DNA from: Escherichia coli
GTDB lineage: Bacteria > Pseudomonadota > Gammaproteobacteria > Enterobacterales > Enterobacteriaceae
Strand: one strand, 5' to 3'
DNA: 64,000 bases
Assembly: GCF_013315695.1 (NCBI RefSeq)
Contig: NZ_CP054353.1
A model generated the notes under the pieces. That model saw only the letters and a program-made list of their open reading frames with translations, made no database searches and was not told the DNA's origin. Position numbers and translations under genes: made by a program. Positions 19,747 through 29,444 of the stretch are shown in pieces; position 1 is the stretch's first letter; each line of letters opens with the position of its first letter.

Positions 19747-20721
19747 GAAGCTCTCAATTTATGGGGAGATAAAGCCGAGATTATTCTCGCTCAACATCAC
19801 TGGCCAACCTGGGGCAACGATAACGTGGTCAAACTGCTTAAAAGCCAGCGTGATTTGTATCGTTACATCAATGATCAAACTCTGCGTATGGCAAATCAAG
19901 GGATGACCCGTGATGAAATTGCCGCAAACTTTAAACTGCCCTCTTCACTGGCTAATACCTGGGCGAATCGCGGCTATTACGGTTCGGTAAGTCATGACGT
20001 GAAAGCAACTTACGTGCTTTATCTCGGCTGGTTTGATGGTAACCCCGCGACGCTTGATGAACTGCCGCCAGAAGAAGGCGCAAAAAAATTCGTCGAGTAT
20101 ATGGGCGGTGCTGATGCCATTTTACAGAAAGCCAAACAGGATTATGACCAGGGTAATTTCCGCTGGGTTGCCCAAGTTGTTAGTAAGGTGGTGTTTACCG
20201 ATCCAAACAACCAGGCAGCGAGAAATCTGGAAGCTGATGCGCTTGAGCAGTTAGGCTATCAGGCTGAATCTGGGCCGTGGCGTAATTTCTATCTCACTGG
20301 CGCACAGGAATTGCGTAATGGCGTACAAAAATTACCAACACCAAATACTGCCAGCCCAGACACCGTGCGTGCGATGACGCCGGAGATGTTCTTTGATTAT
20401 CTTGCCGTCCATATTAATGGTGAGAAAGCGGCAGATGCCAAAACCGTGTTGAATTTCGATTTTGGTGAAGATGGCGGCACCTATAAAGTGGAGCTTGAAA
20501 ATGGTGTTCTCAATCATACCGCTGGTGTAGAGGCTTCGGATGCTGATGCCACTATCACTCTGTCTCGTGATGTATTGAACAAAATTGTACTGAAAGAAGA
20601 GACGCTGAAAGAAGCCACGGCCAAAGAAGATGTCAAAATTACTGGCAATGCGGAAAAACTCAACGAGCTGTTAGGTTATATGGATAATTTTGAATTTTGG
20701 TTCAATATAGTGACACCATAA
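19747..20721 (+). pseudogene. Alkyl/aryl-sulfatase C-terminal fragment (dimerisation and SCP2-like region)
   Basis: Open frame from IS1 junction through track ORF 19825..20721; same gene family as N-terminal fragment. Confidence 0.7.
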
Positions 20722-20733
20722 ATTTACTGCATA

Positions 20734-20758
20734 CCGGGCAGGTATCCTGCCCTTTTTT
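20734..20758 (+). terminator. Rho-independent terminator after sulfatase fragment
   Basis: ccgggcagg-tatc-cctgccc followed by TTTTTT. Confidence 0.5.
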
Positions 20759-20767
20759 GGTTAAAAA

Positions 20768-21865
20768 ATGGCTGAACGAAGAAAAACGCATCACTCATGG
20801 AAAACCCGCCGCGATATGGTTATTCGCGGCATGACGATTAGTTTGCCATGGTTTGCTTTTATCAATGTCAGTTTTGCATTGATAATTTTGCTGCGCCGTG
20901 TTCTGTTTAATGACCTTACTCCACCCTGGTTAAATGAAAAAAGCCTTATACATTCTATTGATATATCTGCAACGGGTATTCTGCTGATTTGCAGTGGTTT
21001 ACTACTCATCCCTCGGCAAAAAACATTACCTATCCAGGTGCTATTAGTTGCCCTGAGCCTGCTATGGTCATGGTGTAGTTATCACTTTATTGCGTACTGG
21101 ACGCTGCAGTTTGCTTATCCACTATGTGTATTATTAATGCTTAGTGGCGTTATCGCACTTTATTTCCATACCCCATCATTGCTCGCATTTGTCATTCCCT
21201 TATGGTTCACCACTCCAATAGCGAGTCTTATGCTTAATCAACAGATCAATATTCATTTTGCTGTTGTATGGTGTATTTTTTCACTGGCGCTATATGGTGG
21301 GCGACTCATTTTGTTACGTTGGTTTGAAGAAGCATGGGTACAAAACAGTTATAACAACCAGTTAATTAATCGCCTTGATGCATTAGCACATCGTGATCCT
21401 TTAACTGGGATAGCAAACCGACGTGCAATGAACAGTATCTTACACGACGCGATAGATAACGGCGGGTCATTTGCTCTTATTATGCTGGATGTCGATTTTT
21501 TTAAACGTTACAACGACACTTACGGGCATCCTGCTGGGGATCGTTGTCTAATACAAGTTGCCGACGCTCTACAGCGTTCAACTCGCCAGTCGGAGGATGT
21601 TGTTGTCCGTTATGGTGGCGAAGAGTTTGTCATCATACTTTTTAATGCAACATTGCCGGAAGCAGAGACGGTAGCAGCCAGAGTGAAGCAAGAACTTAAA
21701 CTGGCAGCTATCCCGCATCAGGCATCTGCTGTTAATGCATTCGTTACGGTTAGTCAGGGGATTACCTGTTCTGCTCCCGCAAAAACGGCTGAACAAATTA
21801 TTTCAGATGCCGACGCTGCGTTATACCGGGCGAAAGAAAGTGGGCGAAATCGATGGGAAAAATAA
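20768..21865 (+). CDS. Membrane-anchored diguanylate cyclase (GGDEF domain, GGEEF active site)
   Basis: N-terminal hydrophobic segments then RYGGEEF and DGC domain motifs; not a K-12 gene at this locus; start codon uncertain. Confidence 0.8.
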   Translation: MAERRKTHHSWKTRRDMVIRGMTISLPWFAFINVSFALIILLRRVLFNDLTPPWLNEKSLIHSIDISATGILLICSGLLLIPRQKTLPIQVLLVALSLLWSWCSYHFIAYWTLQFAYPLCVLLMLSGVIALYFHTPSLLAFVIPLWFTTPIASLMLNQQINIHFAVVWCIFSLALYGGRLILLRWFEEAWVQNSYNNQLINRLDALAHRDPLTGIANRRAMNSILHDAIDNGGSFALIMLDVDFFKRYNDTYGHPAGDRCLIQVADALQRSTRQSEDVVVRYGGEEFVIILFNATLPEAETVAARVKQELKLAAIPHQASAVNAFVTVSQGITCSAPAKTAEQIISDADAALYRAKESGRNRWEK

Positions 21866-22483
21866 TTAAATGATTCCATTCCTCTTTAGTATCCCTTTTA
21901 GCTTTGGTATCTGACATACAGCATCAGCAATCGCATTGATGTTCGGGGCATTATCCTGAAACCATTCGTGTCCCGGTCCCCATGTGCGCATGGTGCAGAG
22001 ATAACAGTCCACCAGCGTTAGTTGCTCTCCAAACACATACGGTTCAGCGGTCAATTGTGAATTCAGCCAGATATAAAGCGATTTACGATATTCAATAACA
22101 TTATTCTTTAACTGTTCGGGTGCGTCAGGAGCCCAACGCTTAGGGTAATCGGCGAAAGTGAACGTTGGATAGACATTAGCAACCAGCCAGACCAATAACC
22201 GTTGAAACTGCTAGCGTTCGGTGCGCCCAACCGGTGGCGCAAGGTCCGGGCGACGATCGAGAACCATCAATGCAATCGCCGCTGTCTCCGTCATAATCTC
22301 GTCATTTTCCAGCGCCAGTGTCGGAATCTGACACAACGGGTTCAGGGTTTTCAATAAATCGCGTGAAGTTCCCTCGTGGTCAAAACCACTGACATCAACG
22401 AACTGATAAGGAATATCAGCCAGTGTTAGCATCATCTCACTGATTGTAGTGCCCCATCCGGGTACGCCATACACCTTAATCAT
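21866..22483 (-). pseudogene. yncG: Glutathione S-transferase-like protein with in-frame amber (TAG) codon at 22211..22213
   Basis: Track ORFs 22211..22483 and 21866..22195 are in the same frame separated by a single TAG; together they cover GST N- and C-domains. Confidence 0.8.
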
Positions 22484-22749
22484 ATGCCCCTCACAATCTT
22501 TTAAAGATTAAGTCTAGGACAGCACACAGGTTAACCAGCAAAAGTATTTGTCATTTTTTCGTCAGTTGTATTATTCCCCTTCAGGATTGTAAGGGGATGT
22601 TTTGCATCGTTTATCGATAACGGGTAGGATGCTGCGCCGATAGTTTTATACCCATAAAGAATAATGGTGATAACTATCATCGCCAGGATGAATAAACATT
22701 GTTCATGGCAACTTATATGACTTTTTCATTAAAGCAATCAGGGAGAGCA

Positions 22750-24249
22750 ATGAGTAAACACGACACCGACACTTCAGATCAACACGCCGCGAAACGCCGC
22801 TGGCTTAATGCCCACGAAGAGGGGTATCACAAAGCGATGGGCAATCGCCAGGTACAGATGATCGCCATTGGCGGCGCGATTGGCACCGGCTTGTTTTTAG
22901 GTGCAGGAGCCCGACTGCAAATGGCGGGTCCAGCACTGGCACTGGTTTATTTGATCTGCGGCCTGTTTTCATTTTTTATTCTGCGTGCATTGGGTGAGCT
23001 GGTGTTACACCGCCCTTCCAGTGGCAGTTTTGTCTCTTATGCCCGTGAGTTTTTGGGTGAGAAAGCCGCTTATGTTGCTGGCTGGATGTACTTCATCAAC
23101 TGGGCGATGACGGGGATTGTTGATATTACCGCCGTCGCTCTGTATATGCATTACTGGGGTGCGTTTGGCGGCGTGCCGCAGTGGGTCTTTGCGCTCGCTG
23201 CGCTGACCATCGTTGGCACCATGAATATGATTGGTGTGAAATGGTTTGCGGAGATGGAGTTCTGGTTTGCGCTTATTAAAGTGCTCGCCATCGTGACCTT
23301 TTTGGTCGTGGGTACAGTGTTCCTCGGTAGCGGTCAGCCGCTGGATGGCAACGCCACTGGCTTTCATTTAATTACCGATAACGGCGGCTTTTTCCCCCAC
23401 GGTTTGCTGCCTGCGCTGGTGTTGATTCAGGGCGTAGTGTTTGCTTTTGCCTCCATTGAAATGGTGGGTACAGCGGCCGGAGAATGTAAAGATCCGCAGA
23501 CCATGGTGCCTAAAGCGATTAACAGTGTGATTTGGCGTATTGGTCTGTTTTACGTCGGCTCCGTGGTGTTGCTGGTTATGTTATTGCCGTGGAGCGCGTA
23601 TCAGGCGGGGCAAAGTCCGTTCGTGACGTTTTTCTCTAAACTGGGTGTGCCATATATCGGCAGCATTATGAACATTGTGGTGCTGACCGCTGCCCTCTCC
23701 AGCCTGAATTCAGGTCTGTACTGCACCGGGCGTATTCTGCGCTCGATGGCGATGGGCGGTTCCGCACCGAGTTTTATGGCGAAAATGAGTCGTCAGCATG
23801 TGCCGTATGCCGGGATTCTGGCGACACTGGTTGTGTATGTCGTCGGCGTATTCCTCAACTATCTGGTGCCGTCGCGCGTATTTGAGATTGTGTTGAACTT
23901 CGCGTCGCTGGGAATCATCGCTTCATGGGCGTTTATCATCGTGTGCCAGATGCGCCTGCGTAAAGCGATTAAAGAAGGCAAAGCAGCGGATGTCAGTTTT
24001 AAACTGCCTGGCGCGCCCTTCACTTCCTGGCTGACATTACTGTTTTTACTGAGTGTCCTGGTGCTGATGGCGTTCGATTACCCGAACGGGACTTATACTA
24101 TCGCGGCGCTGCCGATTATCGGTATTCTGCTGGTTATAGGCTGGTTTGGTGTGCGCAAACGCGTTGCTGAAATTCACAGCACTGCGCCAGTCGTCGAGGA
24201 AGATGAAGAAAAACAGGAAATTGTGTTTAAACCTGAAACGGCGAGTTAA
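22750..24249 (+). CDS. ansP: L-asparagine permease (APC family)
   Basis: Start MSKHDTDTSDQ inside track ORF 22699..24249; 499 aa. Confidence 0.9.
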   Translation: MSKHDTDTSDQHAAKRRWLNAHEEGYHKAMGNRQVQMIAIGGAIGTGLFLGAGARLQMAGPALALVYLICGLFSFFILRALGELVLHRPSSGSFVSYAREFLGEKAAYVAGWMYFINWAMTGIVDITAVALYMHYWGAFGGVPQWVFALAALTIVGTMNMIGVKWFAEMEFWFALIKVLAIVTFLVVGTVFLGSGQPLDGNATGFHLITDNGGFFPHGLLPALVLIQGVVFAFASIEMVGTAAGECKDPQTMVPKAINSVIWRIGLFYVGSVVLLVMLLPWSAYQAGQSPFVTFFSKLGVPYIGSIMNIVVLTAALSSLNSGLYCTGRILRSMAMGGSAPSFMAKMSRQHVPYAGILATLVVYVVGVFLNYLVPSRVFEIVLNFASLGIIASWAFIIVCQMRLRKAIKEGKAADVSFKLPGAPFTSWLTLLFLLSVLVLMAFDYPNGTYTIAALPIIGILLVIGWFGVRKRVAEIHSTAPVVEEDEEKQEIVFKPETAS

Positions 24250-24257
24250 TTGCAAAA

Positions 24258-24280
24258 TTGCCCGGCTGCGTGCCGGGCAA
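24258..24280. terminator. Hairpin between convergent ansP and yncE (candidate bidirectional terminator)
   Basis: ttgcccggc-tgcg-tgccgggcaa. Confidence 0.45.
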
Positions 24281-24361
24281 ATTCAAATTACTGAAGAAGG
24301 TGCCGGATACGGCGTGATAAAAGTCAGGCAAGTCTCTCCGTTTTCACCCTCGCCATATCTA

Positions 24362-25423
24362 TTACAGCGCAATACGAATCACATCGTCCGGCTGGGTAGC
24401 TTCCTGCTGTTTAGTGGATTTTTGTTTCACACTGACATACAGCGTTTTGCCATCTGCAGACAGCGCCAGGCTGTTCGGATGAGTCGGCGTATCGAACGTT
24501 TTCACCACTTTATAGCTTTTCGCGTCAATCACACTGACTTTACCTGCCTGACGATGCGTCACGTAGGCTTCATTACGCGCTGGGTTAAACAGCACAGCCA
24601 GTGATTCCGGTGCCGCAACCTTCGCAAGAATATTGCCATTACGGGTATCAACCACTAACACTTCTGCCGCTTTAGAATCGGTGATAAATGCACGCTGATT
24701 GGTGGTATCAAGGCTGATGTTGATAAAGAAGTGCTCTTTGTCGTCATCCAGCAGCTTTTTACGGCTGAGGATTTTATTGTCGGCGGTGTCGATGGTAATC
24801 AATTCGCCGTCAGCGTTAGTGGTGTAAAGACGTTTGCCTTTGCTATCCAGCGCTAAACCGGTACTCATTTTACCGGTGTTCTGGATGGCGGTTTTCAGTT
24901 TGATATTCTCGCCATCAACGACCCAAATCACGCTCTCTTTACCAATACCACTGATGTAAACGGTGTTCGTGGCATCATCAGCTACCAGCTCACGCGGTTG
25001 CAGCGGGCGCACCTCTTCCGTGCGCTTACGATCATCCAGCACCAGACGGCCTTTCACTTCGCCCGTTTTGGCATCTATCGCCGTGACCGCGCTGTTTACA
25101 GTGTTACCAAACCACAACGTCTGAGTCGTGTTATTGATGGTGGCACCAAACGGCTTGAGATCGTTATGGATCGCCTGCGTCACTTCCAGAGTAACCGGAT
25201 CAAGACGATAAACCACGCCGCCTTTATCCAGTTTGCGGCTTTGCGAAGTGGCGAGCCACAGCGCGTTTTCTTGCTGGCTATAAGCCATTTCGTAGGCACC
25301 TTTACCTACCGCTTTACGCAGCATTTCTTCTGCGGCCTGCGTACTGAATGATGAAGCAACAAGCAATGAACCTAACAGTAATGAACCACGCAGGCGCGAT
25401 GAAAACAGATGACGTAAATGCAT
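24362..25423 (-). CDS. yncE: PQQ-like beta-propeller protein (periplasmic)
   Basis: 353 aa with signal peptide, synteny. Confidence 0.88.
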   Translation of the reverse strand: MHLRHLFSSRLRGSLLLGSLLVASSFSTQAAEEMLRKAVGKGAYEMAYSQQENALWLATSQSRKLDKGGVVYRLDPVTLEVTQAIHNDLKPFGATINNTTQTLWFGNTVNSAVTAIDAKTGEVKGRLVLDDRKRTEEVRPLQPRELVADDATNTVYISGIGKESVIWVVDGENIKLKTAIQNTGKMSTGLALDSKGKRLYTTNADGELITIDTADNKILSRKKLLDDDKEHFFINISLDTTNQRAFITDSKAAEVLVVDTRNGNILAKVAAPESLAVLFNPARNEAYVTHRQAGKVSVIDAKSYKVVKTFDTPTHPNSLALSADGKTLYVSVKQKSTKQQEATQPDDVIRIAL

Positions 25424-25507
25424 GACGACTCCCTTTGATGAACCGATATTTTTGCTGCTTCACAATGCTTCGCTAAGCGTAATCATCGTTACGCCCTTGT
25501 TATAAAT

Positions 25508-25527
25508 GGGAATGGTAATCATTATTT
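25508..25527. promoter_or_regulatory. Putative Fur box in yncE-yncD divergent intergenic region
   Basis: gggaatggtaatcattattt resembles GATAATGATAATCATTATC consensus. Confidence 0.5.
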
Positions 25528-25665
25528 TCTCAAATGTGGAGCATTTCTTGCCGTTACGACTACAATTTTCTCAATTACTTAACGTATCGTGCCGTTTCGT
25601 TTTCCATAAATTTACAATTTTATTACTATGACGGTGTTTTCCCCATTCTTAACCTGGCTTTTTTC

Positions 25666-27768
25666 ATGAAGATTTTTTCCGTCCAACAGACCGTTTTGCC
25701 CGCACTGCTTGTCCTTTCCCCCGTTGTTTTTGCCGCTGATGAACAGACCATGATTGTCAGTGCCGCACCGCAGGTGGTTTCAGAACTGGATACCCCAGCA
25801 GCCGTGAGCGTGGTGGATGGCGAGGAGATGCGCCTGGCAACACCGCGCATTAACTTGTCTGAATCACTGACCGGAGTGCCTGGTTTACAAGTACAAAACC
25901 GGCAGAACTATGCGCAAGATTTACAGCTGTCGATTCGCGGATTTGGCTCCCGCTCCACTTACGGAATTCGTGGTATTCGCCTGTATGTGGACGGTATTCC
26001 CGCCACCATGCCCGACGGACAAGGGCAGACATCCAACATCGATTTAAGCAGTGTGCAAAATGTGGAAGTGCTGCGTGGCCCCTTCTCTGCTCTGTATGGC
26101 AACGCGTCTGGAGGTGTAATGAATGTCATCACCCAGACCGGACAACAGCCACCAACCATTGAAGCCAGTAGTTACTACGGCAGTTTTGGCAGCTGGCGCT
26201 ATGGGCTGAAAGCAACAGGCGCAACGGGCGACGGCACACAGCCTGGCGATGTCGATTACACCGTCTCAACCACGCGTTTTACGACCCACGGCTATCGTGA
26301 CCATAGTGGCGCACAGAAAAATTTAGCCAATGCCAAACTGGGCGTTCGCATTGATGAAGCCAGCAAATTAAGCCTGATTTTCAATAGTGTGGATATCAAA
26401 GCAGATGACCCAGGTGGGCTAACCAAAGCAGAATGGAAGGCGAATCCACAACAAGCGCCTCGTGCAGAACAGTACGACACGCGAAAAACCATCAAGCAAA
26501 CTCAGGCTGGGTTGCGCTATGAGCGTAGCCTGAGCGCGCAAGATGATATGAGTGTGATGATGTATGCCGGAGAGCGAGAAACGACCCAGTACCAGTCAAT
26601 CCCCATGGCCCCGCAACTTAACCCGTCACATGCGGGCGGCGTGATTACTCTGCAACGCCATTACCAGGGGATAGACAGCCGCTGGACACACCGTGGTGAA
26701 CTGGGCGTTCCGCTCACGTTCACTACCGGCCTGAACTACGAAAACATGAGTGAAAACCGCAAGGGCTACAATAACTTCCGCCTGAATAGCGGCGTGCCGG
26801 AATACGGGCAAAAAGGTGAGTTGCGCCGCGACGAACGCAATCTGATGTGGAACGTCGATCCCTATTTACAGACGCAGTGGCAGCTGAGCGAAAAACTGTC
26901 GCTGGATGCTGGCGTGCGCTACAGCTCCGTGTGGTTTGATTCCAACGACCATTACGTTACTCCGGGTAACGGCGATGACAGCGGTGATGCCAGTTATCAC
27001 AAATGGCTACCTGCCGGTTCGTTAAAATATGCAATGACCGATGCCTGGAATATCTATCTGGCAGCCGGGCGAGGTTTTGAAACGCCGACGATTAATGAGC
27101 TGTCTTATCGTGCTGACGGTCAAAGCGGTATGAACTTTGGTTTAAAACCCTCCACCAACGATACAATTGAGATCGGCAGTAAAACGCGTATTGGTGATGG
27201 GCTGCTTAGTCTCGCATTGTTCCAGACCGACACCGATGATGAAATTGTTGTCGATAGCAGTAGCGGTGGGCGTACGACTTACAAAAATGCCGGAAAGACC
27301 CGTCGTCAAGGCGCTGAACTGGCATGGGATCAACGTTTCGCGGGAGATTTTCGCGTAAAAGCGTCCTGGACCTGGCTCGATGCGACCTATCGCAGCAATG
27401 TGTGCAATGAACAGGATTGTAACGGTAACCGGATGCCAGGGATCGCCCGTAATATGGGCTTTGCGTCGATAGGTTATGTACCGGAGGATGGCTGGTATGC
27501 AGGTACGGAAGCGCGTTATATGGGCGATATTATGGCAGATGATGAAAATACGGCCAAAGCGCCGTCTTATACTCTCGTCGGCTTATTCACCGGGTATAAA
27601 TACAATTACCACAATTTAACTGTGGATTTATTTGGTCGTGTCGATAATTTATTCGATAAAGAATACGTTGGTTCTGTCATTGTCAATGAGTCAAACGGGC
27701 GATATTACGAACCTGCACCCGGGCGAAATTATGGTGTCGGCATGAATATTGCGTGGCGATTTGAGTAA
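25666..27768 (+). CDS. yncD: TonB-dependent outer-membrane receptor
   Basis: Start MKIFSVQQTVLPALLVLSPVVFA inside track ORF; C-terminal ...AWRFE; 700 aa. Confidence 0.88.
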   Translation: MKIFSVQQTVLPALLVLSPVVFAADEQTMIVSAAPQVVSELDTPAAVSVVDGEEMRLATPRINLSESLTGVPGLQVQNRQNYAQDLQLSIRGFGSRSTYGIRGIRLYVDGIPATMPDGQGQTSNIDLSSVQNVEVLRGPFSALYGNASGGVMNVITQTGQQPPTIEASSYYGSFGSWRYGLKATGATGDGTQPGDVDYTVSTTRFTTHGYRDHSGAQKNLANAKLGVRIDEASKLSLIFNSVDIKADDPGGLTKAEWKANPQQAPRAEQYDTRKTIKQTQAGLRYERSLSAQDDMSVMMYAGERETTQYQSIPMAPQLNPSHAGGVITLQRHYQGIDSRWTHRGELGVPLTFTTGLNYENMSENRKGYNNFRLNSGVPEYGQKGELRRDERNLMWNVDPYLQTQWQLSEKLSLDAGVRYSSVWFDSNDHYVTPGNGDDSGDASYHKWLPAGSLKYAMTDAWNIYLAAGRGFETPTINELSYRADGQSGMNFGLKPSTNDTIEIGSKTRIGDGLLSLALFQTDTDDEIVVDSSSGGRTTYKNAGKTRRQGAELAWDQRFAGDFRVKASWTWLDATYRSNVCNEQDCNGNRMPGIARNMGFASIGYVPEDGWYAGTEARYMGDIMADDENTAKAPSYTLVGLFTGYKYNYHNLTVDLFGRVDNLFDKEYVGSVIVNESNGRYYEPAPGRNYGVGMNIAWRFE

Positions 27769-27793
27769 TTACCTTGATGCCCGGTATTTGCTG

Positions 27794-27802
27794 GGCATTT
27801 AC
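27794..27802. repeat. 9-bp target-site duplication (ggcatttac), left copy, IS1 copy 2
   Basis: Identical 9-mer immediately flanks both IS1 ends. Confidence 0.8.
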
Positions 27803-27817
27803 GGTAATGACTCCAAC

Positions 27818-28321
27818 TTATTGATAGTGTTTTATGTTCAGATAATGCCCGATGACTTTGTCATGCAGCTCCACCGATTTTGAGAACGACAGCGACTTCC
27901 GTCCCAGCCGTGCCAGGTGCTGCCTCAGATTCAGGTTATGCCGCTCAATTCGCTGCGTATATCGCTTGCTGATTACGTGCAGCTTTCCCTTCAGGCGGGA
28001 TTCATACAGCGGCCAGCCATCCGTCATCCATATCACCACGTCAAAGGGTGACAGCAGGCTCATAAGACGCCCCAGCGTCGCCATAGTGCGTTCACCGAAT
28101 ACGTGCGCAACAACCGTCTTCCGGAGCCTGTCATACGCGTAAAACAGCCAGCGCTGGCGCGATTTAGCCCCGACATAGCCCCACTGTTCGTCCATTTCCG
28201 CGCAGACGATGACGTCACTGCCCGGCTGTATGCGCGAGGTTACCGACTGCGGCCTGAGTTTTTTAAGTGACGTAAAATCGTGTTGAGGCCAACGCCCATA
28301 ATGCGGGCTGTTGCCCGGCAT
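27818..28321 (-). CDS. insB: IS1 InsB
   Basis: Identical translation to other copies. Confidence 0.95.
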
Positions 28322-28515
28322 CCAACGCCATTCATGGCCATATCAATGATTTTCTGGTGCGTACCGGGTTGAGAAGCGGTGTAAGTGAACTGCAGTTGCC
28401 ATGTTTTACGGCAGTGAGAGCAGAGATAGCGCTGATGTCCGGCGGTGCTTTTGCCGTTACGCACCACCCCGTCAGTAGCTGAACAGGAGGGACAGCTGAT
28501 AGAAACAGAAGCCAC
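28240..28515 (-). CDS. insA: IS1 InsA
   Basis: Identical translation to other copies. Confidence 0.95.
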
Positions 28516-28570
28516 TGGAGCACCTCAAAAACACCATCATACACTAAATCAGTAAGTTGGCAGCATCACC

Positions 28571-28579
28571 GGCATTTAC
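28571..28579. repeat. 9-bp target-site duplication (ggcatttac), right copy, IS1 copy 2
   Basis: See left copy. Confidence 0.8.
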
Positions 28580-28580
28580 T

Positions 28581-29246
28581 TTAACGATTGTATTGCTGAT
28601 ATAAAATAGCAATATTTTGTTGCATAATTTCAGCAAGACAATGTCTGCATCCCTCTTTGTCTTTTGCTTTTAACGCGGCGAGTAATAGATGATAGTTTTC
28701 TATACGCTCCCGTAATTCCGCTGGATTGATCGCTTCATAGAGATAATGTAAACCAGGTCCCATCCTGACCCACAGTTGCTCAATCATCTCACACAGGATG
28801 GGCATATTTGAACGATGATAAATCGCTAAGCGAAATAGCCTGTTCGCATCAATGATTTGTTCCATGTCGCCCTTTTCTTGCGCCTGCTGTAATTTCTCGA
28901 GCAATTCCTCTAGTTCCGCCAGGTCTTGCGGGGTGAGGTTTTCAACAGCCAGAGTAACTGCCATTAATTCCAGCTCGTAGCGGATCCGATTGATTTCGTC
29001 TAATTGACGTTTCCCCACTTCCGGAACTGTAAATGCTTGCGCTGGTGCGACAGAAAGCGCATTCACCGAAACCAGACGTAATAATGCTTCACGCACAGGT
29101 GTAATACTCATACCTAATTGCTCCGCCAGATTTTTAGTAATCAGGCGTGCGCCAGGTTTTAGTGCGCCAATACTAAGCTGATGTTTCAGGTCGTTCTCAA
29201 CCTGCAGAGTCAAACTGACATGTTTCATTTTTTCCGTTCCAGGCAT
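28581..29246 (-). CDS. mcbR: GntR-family transcriptional regulator
   Basis: 221 aa, N-terminal HTH, FCD domain; synteny downstream of curA. Confidence 0.88.
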   Translation of the reverse strand: MPGTEKMKHVSLTLQVENDLKHQLSIGALKPGARLITKNLAEQLGMSITPVREALLRLVSVNALSVAPAQAFTVPEVGKRQLDEINRIRYELELMAVTLAVENLTPQDLAELEELLEKLQQAQEKGDMEQIIDANRLFRLAIYHRSNMPILCEMIEQLWVRMGPGLHYLYEAINPAELRERIENYHLLLAALKAKDKEGCRHCLAEIMQQNIAILYQQYNR

Positions 29247-29444
29247 TTTACTTCCTTCGCGTGTTTTCTGTCCAACCCTGCCTGCATGGCAGAAGGAGTT
29301 AACCTGGGGTATTAAAGTGAATAATCATAAACCACTCACCTTTGTTGTTATTAGCAGCAGAACAATGACGTGGTTAGTTAATTAAAGCTGAAAATAAGCT
29401 TTTTGCCTGGATTTTTATGGCGGCTTTACGCCGCCGTCGTATCT

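Larger units (their letters stand above)
27803..28570 (-). mobile_element. IS1 (768 bp), copy 2, simple insertion with 9-bp TSD between yncD and mcbR
   Basis: IS1 ends in inverted orientation; InsA/InsB translations identical to copy 1. Confidence 0.95.

Noticed and set aside
22699-22749. Longer N-terminal extensions offered by the ORF track for ansP, yncD, curA, mnaT, ydcO, tehA, ydcI, cybB and rimL
   Set aside because: The internal Met matching the conserved protein N-terminus and expected length was chosen; the extensions run into promoter regions.
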